From: Eledone cirrhosa
Taxonomy: Eukaryota
DNA length: 64,000 nucleotides
Assembly: GCA_964016885.1 (NCBI GenBank)
Contig: OZ024740.1
Span: 366,792,001 to 366,856,000 of the forward strand
Direction: 5' to 3'
Part shown: positions 40,201 to 54,699 of the stretch, piece after piece
Layout: every line of letters starts with the position of its first letter
Numbering within the stretch: the stretch's first letter is position 1
Notes under the pieces: model-generated
Told to the model about the DNA's origin: nothing
Seen by the model: the letters and a program-made list of their open reading frames with translations, nothing else
Database searches by the model: none
Translations under genes and position numbers: made by a program

Positions 40201-42269
40201 ATATATTTATTAGAACTTCTATTTTAGTGATGCAACTATATTTGTTTACAAAGAGTTTACAAGAGTTTCCTTGCGATTGTTTGATGTAGATATTCATTGA
40301 TATTCACATCTCATGGTATAAGTTTCTTTTGTCTGGAATCGAAGACCAAATTTGTTTCAAAGCACTAATCATTTTACCGAATCTTTTCATATCACCCTCT
40401 ATCTATTCTTCTTGTGAAATGACTTAACATTAGTACTTATATTGTACCAAAAATCATTTGTTAGTTTCCCAGAATCACCATTGTTGCATCAATGATTTAC
40501 GAATACAATTAGTTTTAAGCCATCTTACCCACGAACAAAATATAACACCACTCACAGAATTCGAACCACTCAACTCTTCGGATAAAGGGTTTTTTTTCAG
40601 AAGAATCGTGTGATGCTTAAGAATTTCTCCCAGAATATTAGCACGTTATAAATGAGATACAATTGCTTCAAATGTGAATTGAAACCGCATTAAGGTTTCA
40701 GCCAGACGGGAACCATCTCGTGCTTTAGAACAGGAATTGAAAAAAAAAATGAAAAGATTCCAAGATTAAGTAACTTATTTAATATATATGAACATCTGCA
40801 TATACTCTTTATAAGCATCTGTATTTCATTTTCATGAGCATCTGTATTTAATCTACATGTGGGTTTGAAAGTGAAGCTAGTTGTGGATAGAAACAATTAC
40901 TTTTGTAAAATAATCACTTGCTAAAGTTTTTTCATATGTCTCTGCCGTATGAAGGTAAAAAAAAAAGTCACAAAAAAAGTCACAGAAAAAAGTCACAGAA
41001 AAAAGCACAAGAAAGAAAAGTAAAAGGAAAACTTCATTAATGACTGATATATACATGTTTTAATTCTATGTAAAAAACAGACACAGATACACATACACAC
41101 AAACAGACACTTACACACACATACACATATACACGCACCACTTCCGCTACACGAAGAATCATACAATGTTCAAAACAGAGGTTTTTGTATAAACCTTGAT
41201 AATATTTTAGCTCTGATCAAGCAGATCTATGACCAAAATATAACTATTCTGTATTTTTGTACAACAAAGATTATATTAGCTAACATGTCCTTCCCTTTTC
41301 TAAGACGATAGGGTGCAAGTTTTGGGGGGAAATTTGACTGCTATTTCTAGCATGTCGAACAGTAGAGGATCCTTCACTGGCTAGAGTATCAACTAGGATT
41401 TCATCCAACCAGTCTTGTTTGACCAGAGACTTTAAACAGTAAGCCAGAAGGAATAACATAATGCACTAAAATTTTAAAGGCATGCGACGTTACAATCTGC
41501 TTCAAATCTTGCGTGTCGTGAGAAGAGAATTTGAACATTTGAAAGCAGGTTGAAATTCTTTTTTGTTCTGTTTTTCAACCCTTCCAGACTGGTAAGGAGA
41601 AAGGGAAGGAGTTATCCGTACTCCACTAAAAACATCCCAAAACCAAATAGCTGTCATAAACTGGGCGACGGATTAAGTCTACCACCCAAGAACGCAAATA
41701 ACCAGAACAAACATGAGGCAACTCGTCCGACGCTCTAACAATTCCACCAATCAACCACATCAGACAGATACTTTATGTTAACGAAAATGAATGGATAAAA
41801 GAGAACGTTGATCTCGGCGGAATTTTAACTCAAAGCGCAGGCAATCGGAAAAATACTGCAAGGCATTTTGTCCTACGACTTTGTGAATTCATCGCCTTAA
41901 TGATCAGTTGTTCTTTTTGTTTAGGCCTGAACCAACTCTAATCAAATCAATGATATAGTATTTCATATATTTATGAAAACCTGAAATATCCCACTGCTGC
42001 TATTCAGAGTTTTGTGTCAACGATTTATCTATACATTTAAATAAAACCGCTATTTGCAACAAAACCTCTATAATCCTGTTCGTCTTAAGAATGGTCTATT
42101 TAACATGAAACTTAGTCATAAAAACTGTCATACTTATCGACCATATAGTAAATTATTAGATAAATAAATATGGGAACATTTCTGCACACACACACATAAA
42201 CGCACAAACGTGCACCCCATATATAAAAATATATATAGATATATGTATATACATATATGTGTCTGTGTA

Positions 42270-42358
<89 letters not shown>

Positions 42359-42944
42359 TCTCTCTCTCTCCCTATATATATATAATCGTAATAAAAGCAA
42401 GCTTCTTTTTGAAACGATTAATCAAAATGATAAAATAGCGGAAAGGACAAAACACAAGATGAAAGAGTCGGATGAAAAGTTAAGAGAAAAAGAAAAGAAT
42501 ATTGATAGCATTTTACAAATAAATCTCTTTACTGATCACCCCCACTTTCCTTCTCTTGTCTTCCCACTCTTCCTCTTTGTTTTGTTTTTTTATCTTTCAT
42601 TTTCAAAATCTAACTTAACTTTCTGGTTGTATTTTTATGTTAGTAAAAGTACTACATTGTCTTTATATAAATCTCTTTCTATAGAAAATATCTATTATTA
42701 TTATCTTTGGTAAAGAACGATTAGACTTTGGTAAATAATAATTATTTTACACAGACAGCACATCTGAAAGTGTGGCGGAAAGTTAAGCAAATTATACCGT
42801 TGGTGAAGAGATAAAGTTAAAGAAAAAATATTAAAAAGAAATCGCATTTTCTTGTATACTATATCCAGTATTAGTTTATCTTGTATACTTAACCATTACT
42901 AAACCAGCAAGTTAATATTTGAGGACAATTTAGTTGCAGTTTCT

Positions 42945-44800
42945 TGCAGGCGACCACGCAGAAGCATAGTGGCGCTGATAAAGAAAGACAAGAACAAGAG
43001 GAATAAGTTACATGACATCAGGACCATAGTTTAAGATATTGAACAAGGTGTCAGCGATGAGGTTAGCACTTATTGTCAAGGATTTTGTAGGGGAGATGCA
43101 GTTTTGGGCAATCCCGACCGGGTTGTTCATACACGACAATTCCCACCTCATGCGATTCATCATAGAGAGGGTAGGCTGTAAACATGGCTTCGGTGGGGTT
43201 ATGATAAATTTAGATCAATCGAAAGCTTTCGATAGAGTCGACCATCGAGACCTGGAGGCTGTCCTCAAAGCAGTTGGCTTTGGTCCCGTCTACAAAGGCT
43301 GCAATGCACAGCGACATCTGCTCGGTGGTCAAAGTTAATGTCCATCTTTCGGAACCTTTTCAGATCTCCCGATCGGTCCATCAAGGATGCCCTTTGTCCT
43401 CCCGTCCGTACGTATTGACTTTCGTGCCTTTACTACGAAAGAGCTATTACAGGGCATCCTGCTCGAACCGGGACGCGAAAAGGCTGTGTCGGCATATGCA
43501 GACGACATCCCGTGATGGTGTTGAACACCTTGAAAATCGTGGTAGTCGGCAACTTCTTGGAGGAATATGAAAGGTTGACGGGAGCAAAAGTAAACCCGGA
43601 AAAGTCGGTGGGCTTGCAGCTCGGCACTTGGAGAGGTAAGCCCATGCTGTCCAATAGCGTCGTCGGTCACTGGACAGACGGACCGGTAAAGTTGCTCGGG
43701 GTTTGAACTGGGACGAGGTTACGATCAGGGTAGCCACTCTTACCCAGAAATGGGTCGTGAGGAAGTTATCCCTGAAAGGTCGGGAAAAAGAGGCGAACGC
43801 GTACATTGCCTTTCATCCTTACCCGGTCGATAAAATAAAGTACCAGACACTAACTGGGATCGATTTAATCGACTTTCTCCTGCTCCCCAATTTGTTGGCC
43901 TTGTGTCTATATAAGAAACCATTATTATCATTACTGTGAATTGGCAGTATTGGTTGAGGGTCAGACATGCTTTCCAGCGTAGTTACGTCCCTTTATGATC
44001 TGAGTTGAAATCCCGCCGAGGTTAACTTTGCCTTTCATCCTTACGGGGTCGATAAATTAAAGTACCAGTAATGTGCTAGGTAATTGCTGGCCTTGTGCCA
44101 AAGGTAGAAACAATTATTATTACTTTGATATCTCAGTCATTGTAATTTAATCGAAAAATTTGCGCCAATGAACATCAAGCCACTACCTGCTGCCTCAGAT
44201 ATTTAGGACGTATCGGCGGGTCCTTGCTGTTCCCAGCAGGCCTGCGTTTTGGAATGTTCACAATGAGGGGGCTGGGCTAATGTTTTTTAACCAGCATTGG
44301 AAGCTCTTCAAGATAGTACCTAGTGATCCTATAATAGTTTTCCCATGTCAGGTGGATATGGTGAAAGAGGTTGTGTTGTGGACAGATACATTCCTCTTCG
44401 GTCAAGCTCTCATGAAGGAGGTGCTTTTCTCCAGTACATTTGCCAAAAGATTGTTCCAAGTAGTGAAAATGGTAAGACCGAATGGGACAACTCTCAGCTT
44501 GTGCTTGTAGGTCAAACAATAGTAGTTGGGAGAGGGCACTCACCCCCGGTGATTAAGGTGATTATGGATCTGTGGGGTTCCTCAATCAGCATTAAGTATA
44601 CAGCTCACTATAACAGGAAAACTGAATGCCTCATATAATTGTATACTTTGTATATCCAACATGTTTACTATGTATACATGTCATCCTCTCCTTTTCTCTA
44701 CTCATTTCTATGTAACCCTCCCCCACCGTAATGTTGTAACCTCTCTTTATATCGTCTCCTTCACCTGACGCCCGTATGGCAAATAATAAAAAGAAATCAT
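42945..44800 (+). mobile_element. Older decayed Tx1-clade LINE interrupted by SINEs
   Basis: INLDQSKAFDRVDH, VHQGCPLS, AYADD, KSVGLQLGTWRGK; 3' end ggcaaataataaaagaaa resembles copies 1 and 2. Confidence 0.85.
43806..44122 (+). mobile_element. Two tandem SINE family A copies (partial 43806-43932, full 43937-44122)
   Basis: Core and tail occur twice. Confidence 0.85.
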
Positions 44801-45583
44801 CATTATTATTATTTCTTCTTTCTCATGCTGTTCTTTTGCTGCGTTACTAAACCAAGAAGACGGGTTATAACTAATGACCTAGAAACTCTTGGTTACTTTC
44901 TCCTAGGGTTTATGTTCCCATTGCCCTTCTCACAATTACAGCTGTTCCATTGGTTTTGTTGTTATTTTCTAGCTTATGTAACTTTTACTTGCTACCAAAT
45001 TGTTTTAATCAATCTTGGTTATTGGCCAAATTCCAAAAAATAACTTAACAATATGCTATTACTACAAACTGAATCATCTTTTGTTCTCCTGTGTGTAGGC
45101 ATGTAGGTCTGAAAGTATCCTGCAGAATGGTAGAAGAAAGTAGTACGGGAATGTCTACACTCTCAACTAGAGATTGCTTTAATAAGATTGTGCACATTCC
45201 ATAAGGAAAATATATTTTTACTATGCAGTTCATTGTTTCAGATAATATACTGCATATCATTTCAGTTTTACATAATCTCAGATTTTATTTTGCATAGATG
45301 GGGTAGGGGTTGTGTTCAGGAGAGGATAGTAGTCTGCCACAAACAACACTTTTATGGGGGCGGTATTTTTGGCTGTTTTGTATATATTTGAGTATGAAGA
45401 GGGGAGGGGGCAAGCTCAAAGGCTGCCCCAGGTGACACACAGTGGAGGAGTGCGTACAGAACAGTTTCTTGGCCCTGCGCGAATCTTGGCGATTAGGGCA
45501 GTTTAGGATCTGTGATGTTCTTACGTTACCCCTGAGGGCTACTTTCCTCATTGGGAATTTTATTGTTATTAATTTATTGTTAA

Positions 45584-47083
45584 CTAGCAGTAAAGCCCGG
45601 CGTTGCTCGGGGTCGCTCAGTAGCTGTGTTAAAGTTACAATGTTAAGTTTCTTTCTTGGCTTAAAAACTGTAGTGTCTACTGTGCAGACTTGCATGTGGT
45701 GTTTTTGATTAATATTCCCTCAACCAACAATATGCCTTATGAAGTTAAGAAAACATAACGATAACCCGAATGTTATAACAAAAGAGGATGCTGGGGATAG
45801 AAACTGCACTGGTTATTTATTAACAAAGATCGAAAATGTAAACACTGCAACGCAGAGAAAAACATTAGCGTAACCAAATTATCAGTTATGTCTGTCTGCA
45901 CGCCTATATTACCTCTCTGCACGACTGTCTGTCTGCACGCCTATATCACCTCTCTGCACGACTGTCTGTCTGCACGCCTATATCACCTCTCTGCACGACT
46001 ATCTGTCTGCACGCGTATATCACCTCTCTGCACGACTGTCTGTCTGCACGACTGTCTGTCTGCATGCCTAACGACGAAATATTTGCTTGTTTTATGTAGT
46101 CTTTAAATAGACTTGTTTTCAAGTAAAAATATTGTTTTAAAATGCTTTTAAATGGAAATGAAGCAAAACGGAAGCTTAAAGCCCGGCGTTGCTCGGGGTC
46201 GCTCAGTAGCTGTGTTAAAGTTACAATGTTAAGTTTCTTTCTTGGCTTAAAAACTGTAGTGTCTACTGTGCAGACTTGCATGTGGTGTTTTTGATTAATA
46301 TTCCCTCAACCAACAATATGCCTTATGAAGTTAAGAAAACATAACGATAACCCGAATGTTATAACAAAAGAGGATGCTGGGGATAGAAACTGCACTGGTT
46401 ATTTATTAACAAAGATCGAAAATGTAAACACTGCAACGCAGAGAAAAACATTAGCGTAACCAAATTATCAGTTATGTCTGTCTGCACGCCTATATCACCT
46501 CTCTGCACGACTGTCTGTCTGCACGCCTATATCACCTCTCTGCACGACTGTCTGTCTGCACGCCTATATCACCTCTCTGCACGACTGTCTGTCTGCACGC
46601 CTATATCACCTCTCTGCACGACTGTCTGTCTGCACGACTGTCTGTCTGCACGCCTAACGACGAAATATTTGCTTGTTTTACGTAGTCTTTAAATAGACTT
46701 GTTTTCAAGTAAAAATATTGTTTTAAAATGCTTTTAAATGGAAATGAAGCAAAACGGAAGCTTAGTGTTCGAACTGATGAATTTTGCAGGTCAATATTTT
46801 GCTGGCTCGACAACTGTTAAAGCCAGCGTAATTTTTTACGTAAGACGCTCAATGTAAACAGAACAAAGGGAAATAACTGATAACTTACGCTCAAAAATCG
46901 ATACATTATATTCGATTTCGTCACATAGGGTGGGTCAATTTGAAATTTTTTTTTTCCGATGTCTTCGCTAGGGCTCAATGTACAAGTATAGCAATTTCGG
47001 TGCAATTCCGTGAGAGATTCTAAGAGGAGATGTGTGCCAAAAATCGATAGACAGACAGACAACCACAGTTTTATATATATAGA
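45584..47083 (-). mobile_element. Non-autonomous Helitron copy 2 with 586-bp tandem duplication of its 3' half
   Basis: TC...hairpin-CTAG ends in an A/T site; 45591-46176 repeated at 46177-46762. Confidence 0.9.
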
Positions 47084-47693
47084 TTGTTGCCTGTTACCTT
47101 TTTGTACACGTTTATTAAACAATTTGTTAATCCTCACACCCAGCTTTTGTATTTTCGAAACACACTCACTCCCATATCCGAGACAGATTCCACAAATACC
47201 TGTACCTCTTCATCTCGAAGTGAAGATGAAGGAAAATACCCAAACCAAAGTAACAAAAAAGAAAACACACAAAAAAGACATTTTGTCTCACACCAACATA
47301 CACACCAGAAAGCACAGAGAATACTCTCCCCCTGCAACTACAGATACACCTACAAAAATACCAACCCATCAACACCGCAACCGGCAAAACAACCACCACT
47401 ACCACCTCTACTAGCATCACCAACACTACTACAACTATCCACAAAAATCAAGCTACACAGACACCAAACTTCGTACTGGTGAGGAGGACCAATGAAGAAT
47501 TGATGGTCCTCATAGCACAAACTGAATATATTGAGAGAGGAGGAGATTTTTGAACCAGCACGTTCAGCGTACCACATATTCTAATAGTGGTGAGTATGTC
47601 TAAACATTAGGGAGAGCTTCCCCTATAACGTCTGAGCCCCTAATGTAAAAACTACCAGAAAGCTTTTAAAAGGGTTTCTAAATTCTAAATTTT

Positions 47694-48200
47694 AGGGCAG
47701 TGGATTGGCAGTATCGGTAGAGAGTCGGACGCCTTGCTTTGCACCAAAGAGTTACGGCCCTTTATGATCTGAGTTCAAATCTCGCCGAGGTTAACTTTGC
47801 CTTTCATCCTTGCGGAGTCGATAAATAAAGTACCAGTCACGCACTGTGGTCGATTTAATCGACTTTCCCCTCCCCCAAAATTGCTGGCCTTGTGCCTATA
47901 TAAGAAACCATCATAACTATTGGATTTGTAAAATCATTAGAACAGTGTACAAAATACCCTTACGGTCTGAGTTCAAATCCCGCCGAGGTTAACTTTGCTT
48001 TTCATCATTTCGGGGTCGATAAAATAAAATAATACACTAGGGTCTATTTAATCGACTTTCCCCTCCCCCCAAATTGCCTGCCATGTGCCTAAAGTAGAAA
48101 CAGTTATTTAAATGCGTTCTTTCACGTTTTCAGTTCAAATCACGCCGAGGACAAATTTGGCCTTCTTCCTTCCATGGCTGATAAAATAAAGTACCAAATA
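47694..48200 (+). mobile_element. Cluster of three SINE family A copies
   Basis: B-box and core at about 47772, 47970 and 48132. Confidence 0.82.
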
Positions 48201-48444
48201 AACTACCAATCAAATACTAGCGCCGATTTAATCAATTATCCCACCAACTAATTTTATGACTCTCTGCCAGTGATAAAAGTCGTTACAATTTTGAATATTG
48301 CACATTCTGGAGGAGAAAATAAAACAAACATGTGGGAATATGTTTAAATTCTCTCCATCAGTCAAGTTTGAGTACTTTGCCAAATATACTACGCTGACAT
48401 CCTTTTGCATGTTTTACAGTTTCACGTATAGTTTTGTGTAGATT

Positions 48445-48475
<31 letters not shown>

Positions 48476-49135
48476 GTGTGAGGGAGGAGAACGAGAAAGA
48501 GAAAGAGAATGAGGGAGAAAGAAAGAAAAAAAGAAAGAGATATAGAAAGAAAGCAAGAAAGCAAAAAAGAAAGATATATATAGATAGAAAGATAGATAGA
48601 TAGATAGATAGAGAGAAAAAGATAGATAGATAGAGAGAGAGTGAGAGAGAGAGAAAGAGAGATAGAGAGAGAAGCTAGGACATCTTTGCCAAAATAAACA
48701 AGAATGAATAAAGAAAACAAAGCTATAAAGTCGCTATAACCTTCAATTGTCTCAGTTTTTCATTGGTTGGAAACCGAGAATAAACATTATTTGACATGAG
48801 ACATGTATTCCAGCATGTTCGATATTATAAATAAATGTACATATACTGTCAAAAATGACAGCCAGTTCAATCAGATTATTTAAATGAATTTTCCTATAAG
48901 TGTTTCTTACATAGAATGCTGAAGGCCATATATTTTGGGGAGAGGGTGTTGTTGATTGTATCAATCCCATTACTTGACTGATACATAAAATTATTTTTAT
49001 TTTATTGAGCCTAGTAGAGTAAAAGTCAAAATTGACATAAAAATTATTGGAACTCAGAACGTAAAAAAGATATAACTAAATACCGTAAGGCATTATTGAT
49101 TTTACCAAATTCATCGCTCTTTTATCATAGTATAT

Positions 49136-49221
<86 letters not shown>

Positions 49222-49289
49222 ATGTATGTATGTATGTTTATAGGCATGTATGCGTGAATGTACAGATACATGTATGTATGTATATTTGT

Positions 49290-49397
49290 ATGTCTGGTTG
49301 CTCTTCAGCGCTACTGGTAACATGTAACCCAGTACAACTTGTTCATTGGTAGGGTCGTCTGAATGTATGTATGTATGTATGTATGTTTCTATGTATG

Positions 49398-49431
<34 letters not shown>

Positions 49432-49910
49432 TGTATGTATGTCAGGTTGCTTTCAAGTGGTACTGGTAACATTTAACCCAGTACAACTTGTCTCATGGTC
49501 GGGCCGTCGGCGACTAAACCGGCAACCCCACCAAGCTTGCTTGGTGAGGAGGGTGATATTTGGACACCCATGCGGGATGAAATACAAGACCCGGCAAAGG
49601 GCGGAGGAACTCTACAGAGTCAACGGCCACCCAAATAGTACTTTTTTTTTTCGGCCTGGGAGTGAAAGGCCCTCAGTTGTTGTCCACAGCACCTTTCTAG
49701 GAGAGGGAAACTCTGAAAAAAACCCCAAAAAACCTGCGGCTTCGGAAGCATCCGATGATGTTGACAAGTTCTCCTTTTCGGGTAGTGTTTTTGATGCTCA
49801 GAGAGTGGGATTGGTCGAGTGCAAGGCCTTTCCCCACTTAATTAACCTTCAAAGCACAGGCATTGCTTGTTCAGAATATGTTACAGGTTTGTGTGGCTGG
49901 CGGTAGCCTA
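49290..49910 (+). mobile_element. RTE-type LINE 5' leader: short copy 49290-49362, (TATG)n, long copy 49441-49910
   Basis: Homologous to 15579-16078, including ctaggagagggaaactctga. Confidence 0.6.
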
Positions 49911-50299
49911 AAAGTGCACCAAAATCTATAATCTAACAAGTGATTGCAATACTCTTAGCAGAGTTTGCAGCCATCATGTATGTATATATGTCAGGGTTTT
50001 GCTCCAAGTATCTGATATTTTGCATAAGTTCATACATTTTAAAGCAGAAACCTATGCGATTTTTTCTGATACTTTTTAAAATAGGAAATATTTTGCAGGT
50101 TTCAAACACCGCCTAATAATAATGTACTGATACAAATAATACTCTGGTAGTATATGCTAGAGATGTGTTGGTATCGAAAATATTCAAAATATTCATCTCT
50201 ACTTTAATGATCATAAATGTTTTCAAGAGATATATTGTTATACTATCCCTAATAATTGAAACGATTGGAAAGTTTAAAACGCTAAAGTCTGTCCAAATA

Positions 50300-50522
50300 C
50301 ATCAGGCCGCTGCTTATCCTCCGTTTCATGTTTCATCGGCGTTGAACTACTGAATAGGACGGCTGTCCACCACAGAGTTAACCTCCAGCTACTAGTGGTA
50401 CACATTTTTCAAGTGTATGGGAGCAACAGGAAAATGAAGAAAAGAACACAACGTGCCACTTTGTACAGGAATCGAACCTAAGATCAGAAGTCAAACGTCT
50501 TAGCCCATAGGCCACACGCCTC
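50300..50522 (-). mobile_element. SINE family B
   Basis: Homologous to 7235-7492; reverse B-box ggttcgattcc. Confidence 0.7.
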
Positions 50523-50631
50523 CTTTGAGACGATAGATGAAATAAGAAATGAAATGAATAAAAAAAAATTGGTATTACGAATTAGGAGCTACAGTTTAGC
50601 AAACTATATTTTGCTGTGTGATGTGATCAGA

Positions 50632-51230
50632 TATGTGTGTGTATGTGTGTGTGTGTGTGTTGTGGGGTGAGGGTGGTGGTGATTGTGTATATGTGTGTGT
50701 GTTTGTGTTTGCGTGTATGTATGTGTTTGTGCGTGTATGTGTATGTTTGCGTGAGTATGTTTGTGTGTGTGTGTTGTGGGGTGAGGGTGGTGGTAACTGT
50801 GTGTGTGTTTGCGTGTATATATGTGTCTTTGTGTGTGTATGTATGTTTGTGTATGTATGTTTGTGTGTGTGTGTGTGTGTGTGTTGTGGGGTGGGGTGAT
50901 GGGGGCTGTGTATGTGCGTGTATGTGTTTGCGTGTATATATGTGTTTGTGCGTGTATGTGTATGTTTGTGTGTGTGTATGTGTGTGTGTTGTGGTGTAGA
51001 GTGATGGGGGCTGTGTATGTGCGCGCGTATGTTTGCGTGTATATATGTGTTTGTGTGTGTATGTGTATGTTTGTGTGTGTATGTTTGTGTGTGTGTTGTG
51101 GTGTGGAGTGATGAGGGCTGTGTATGTGCGCGTGTGTGTTTGCGTGTATATATGTGTGTTTGTGTGTGTATGTGTATGTTTGTGTATGTGTGTATGTGTG
51201 TATGCGTGTATGTGTGTGTGTGCATATGTC

Positions 51231-51265
<35 letters not shown>

Positions 51266-51282
51266 GCGCGTGTATGTGTGTA
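50632..51282. repeat. GT-rich higher-order minisatellite, about 105-114-bp unit
   Basis: gttgtgg(g/t)gt cores near 50659, 50773, 50883, 50988, 51095, separated by a conserved variant (TG)n pattern. Confidence 0.8.
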
Positions 51283-51647
51283 CACGAACGTTCTCCTATG
51301 TGAGTATGTATGCGCGTTACAGTTTGTACTTCACATCGAGCAAACTTTCTTCAACGAAATTTGAGTGGTTTAAACAAAGCAACGATACCTAACATAGTCT
51401 GGTTTGTTTGAATAAAATGAGAGTTTTAGAAAATGAACATTTTCAGTAACCACATTATCATAATTTCTTAATTTTACGAGGTCTCGTCTGAACAGTTCAT
51501 GAAATGAAACAGAAGAGACAAAAATATATTAACTTCCCGTGCAAGTGAGAAACATGTGTTATTGATTGATGGTAAGCTTATGTGTGTGTGACGTAAGCAT
51601 GCATTCCTGTAGGAATAGAAGTTATTTTCCAACTTTAAATATATATA

Positions 51648-51968
51648 CAGTGTACCCTCGGCATTCGTGGTTCTGGTTATTCGCGGAATTTTCCTTAGAT
51701 ACCTAATAATTGTTCGAGGAAACGACTGCATATTCGCGGAATCGTAAATATCTTCCGCGATTATTTTATGGCTTTTTTCGTAGCAATATATATTTTTTCG
51801 CGCTTTTCAACGCTGAATTATTAATTACAATATACTCTATTTGCAGGCCTATATTTAAGGTTATGTTAACATTTATAGGCATTTTTTGAGCTCCGTCATT
51901 TATTCGAAGTTTTTCACTCTTCGTGGGTGCTCTAGGAACGTAATCCCCGCGAATAACGGGAACAACTG
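51648..51968. mobile_element. Tigger/pogo-like MITE
   Basis: Imperfect TIRs cagtgtaccctcggcattcgtgg / ccgcgaataacgggaacaactg; TA on the left. Confidence 0.65.
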
Positions 51969-52277
51969 TGTGTGTGGATTACATTTTTAGAATAAGAGAA
52001 TCGTTAGAGCGTCGGCACAAATGCCTGTGGTGTTTAGTCTTTAAAGTTTGAAGCTCGGCTGTCGTATTTCTAGAGCCGAGGAAATAATTTGCCAGAAATG
52101 TTGCTGGGTGCAGATCTAAATCCTTTTCTTTTGAACTTAATGTAATGAGATATACTAATGTATTACAAACCATTTAGTAATGTGCTATTCTAACCAACAG
52201 TATAAATATTATATATATATAAATCATCAGGAAAGCCCTGATGGTATATATGTATATATATATATATATATCATAAG

Positions 52278-52329
52278 GGCTTTCCTGATGATTTACTCCG
52301 AATGAAACAGTTCTAGTCCTGTAGAAGCC
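52278..52329 (+). ncRNA. Type I hammerhead motif with full stem III
   Basis: GGCUUUC-CUGAUGA-(weak stem II)-GAA-ACAG-UUCUAGUC-CUGU-A-GAAGCC; GUA cleavage triplet. Confidence 0.62.
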
Positions 52330-52506
52330 ATTTCTATTTATATATATATATATCCAAAATTAATTCAATCAAATTAAATTAAAGGAGTCATGGTACCTTA
52401 CTCTAAATGGGATTAGCTATGGAACCTCCACCAAATATATACTTTCCCCCCAGCATAATAAGATCGGATACGTTTTATCCCCTGTGATTGTTTCATGAGT
52501 TTATTT

Positions 52507-52542
<36 letters not shown>

Positions 52543-52781
52543 AATCAATTTCTAGTTGATATATATATATATATATATGTAAATATATATATATATGTAT
52601 GTATGTATATATTGGTGTGTGTTATGTAAGTGAGTAACTACAGTTACAAGAGGTTCATCGATCTAAGCACTTGATGTCGTTACAATGGTCCGTCTCGTAT
52701 GGGTTGTATTACATAGTTAAGGCGGCTGTAGTGTGCAGAGTGAAGTGAGCTAGCAGCCTACGTGTATGATCAAGTTATATT

Positions 52782-52935
52782 CAGAGTGGGATTTACGTAT
52801 AAGCTAAACAAGCTATAGCTTAGGGCCCCTACACAAAAAACAGCGACAATTTCTCGCTGACAGGACATCTGGACATATAAAGGGCCCCATTATCTCAAAT
52901 AGCTTAGGGCCTCATCAAATCTAAATCCGGCTCTG
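52782..52935. mobile_element. hAT-type MITE (154 bp)
   Basis: TIRs cagagtgggattta / taaatccggctctg; perfect 8-bp TSD gttatatt at 52774-52781 and 52936-52943. Confidence 0.9.
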
Positions 52936-53254
52936 GTTATATTTGTATATATACAGAGTGTGTAATCGAGACTGCACCAATATGTATAAATATATACACA
53001 TATCTCATACGTAGGCATGTAAACCTGAAAATACGAATTTCCCTGTAAATTCAAAAATGATAAACATCTTTATTCGATTTATAGATCTTATTGGACCTTC
53101 ATCAGAAGACGTGAACATCATTATCCACAAGGAAAATATGTATTTGATGGGTATTAACTAACGAACATAATAATTTGTACACACACACATATATATATAT
53201 ATATTTATATATATATATATTTATATATATATATATTTATATATATATATATAT

Positions 53255-54130
53255 AATGAAAAATTGAACAGGGACAGAACAGAGAGGCAGTACAATAAAT
53301 GTTTATTAAATTCACGCTCAGGAGAGTGGGGGGTAGGTGGGGGACGACGTTTCGGGAATAAGCCCTTCTTCAGGTGAGAAGTGTGTGGGAACAGAGTTCA
53401 AAAGGTGTGTAGGGGAGTGGTGGAGAGACATATAGGGAAAGGAAACGGTGCGAATGAAAAATTAACAAATAAAAACAAAAAATATAATAAATAAAAATAA
53501 AGCATGATCAAAATACAAGGAATGAGAAAATTTAAAAATAAAGGCATGATCAAAATAAACTGAAATTAAAAGGGGGGTAAACAGGTGGTGGAAGGGTGTG
53601 GGGTGAGTAGGGGTGGTGGCGGGTGGAGTGGGGAGAGGGAGACGGGGTGTCCGAGCGGGGAGGGCTGAAGGTGGTGTGTGTGGTTAGGTGTGCGTGTGTG
53701 TGTGTGTGTGTATGTGAAAGTGAGGGTTGGGGGAAGAACGGGGTTGCATGTTCAGGAAGGTGTGTGTGTGTGTGGGGGGGGGGATCGGAGTGTCTGTGCG
53801 TGTGTGGATGGGGGGGGGGGGAATCAGGAGGCTGAGGGTGTAAATATGTGGTGGGAAGCATGTGTGTGTGGTTTAAGCGTGTTGTGGGTGGCGTGTGGAT
53901 AAACATTTTTTTGGGGGGGTGTGTGTGTGGGTGAGTTATATAGGTGATGGTGTAAGAGGATGGTTGAAAAGTTGGTAAGTTTCACGAATGTTTGGAGATT
54001 TGGTTAGAAGTCAATTTCGCGTGTGGGTAATCCAAGAAGCGGTGGTCGGAAGAGGAGAGATGTGGGGTGCGCGCGCAACAGGAAGTGGTCAGCAGTGGGA
54101 GTGCTGTGGTCAGTTGGTGCTGAGAGGTGG

Positions 54131-54132
<2 letters not shown>
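53255..54132 (-). mobile_element. PLE 3' fragment with HHR core at 53344-53375
   Basis: Minus: AC-CUGAAGA-A-GGG-CUUAUU-CCC-GAAA-CGUC-GU; tail homologous to 19800-19883; (TA)n on both sides. Confidence 0.65.
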
Positions 54133-54194
<62 letters not shown>

Positions 54195-54699
54195 ATATAT
54201 GTATATATATAGCGCGTCGGATAAATTGTGTTGAGATATTTCTTCCAGATCTTTGTGCTTCGCGTGCAATTGTTACCGTGGTTTAGTTTGCTTATCAGTT
54301 TTTTCGAGGTCGATAAAGAAAAGAAAAAAAACGTAGTAGTTCAGTGCTGGTACAGCTTTCTGTCTCACTAACTGTCACATTCTGGATGTTTCACTGGATC
54401 AAGAACGGAATGGGTGGGATGAAATGTGTGCTTGCTCGTGACTATATGGTCAGCAAAAACCTTTAACGAAAACAGTACATGATATTATGTCATCTTCAAT
54501 TGTGAAAGAAGGTTTCAAAGTATCCGACTTTATATTTTTTTCCATGGAACTATTGACGTTAGGGAGACACAAGTTTGGAGAGTGGAGTCGCATACATTCA
54601 TGCCTATGCGTGGTTTTTGACAAGCTCATCGAATTCGTCACTTGCTATCAGGTAACCAGCGTACATGTACTACGTACTTATCACATTTTTATTTCACCC

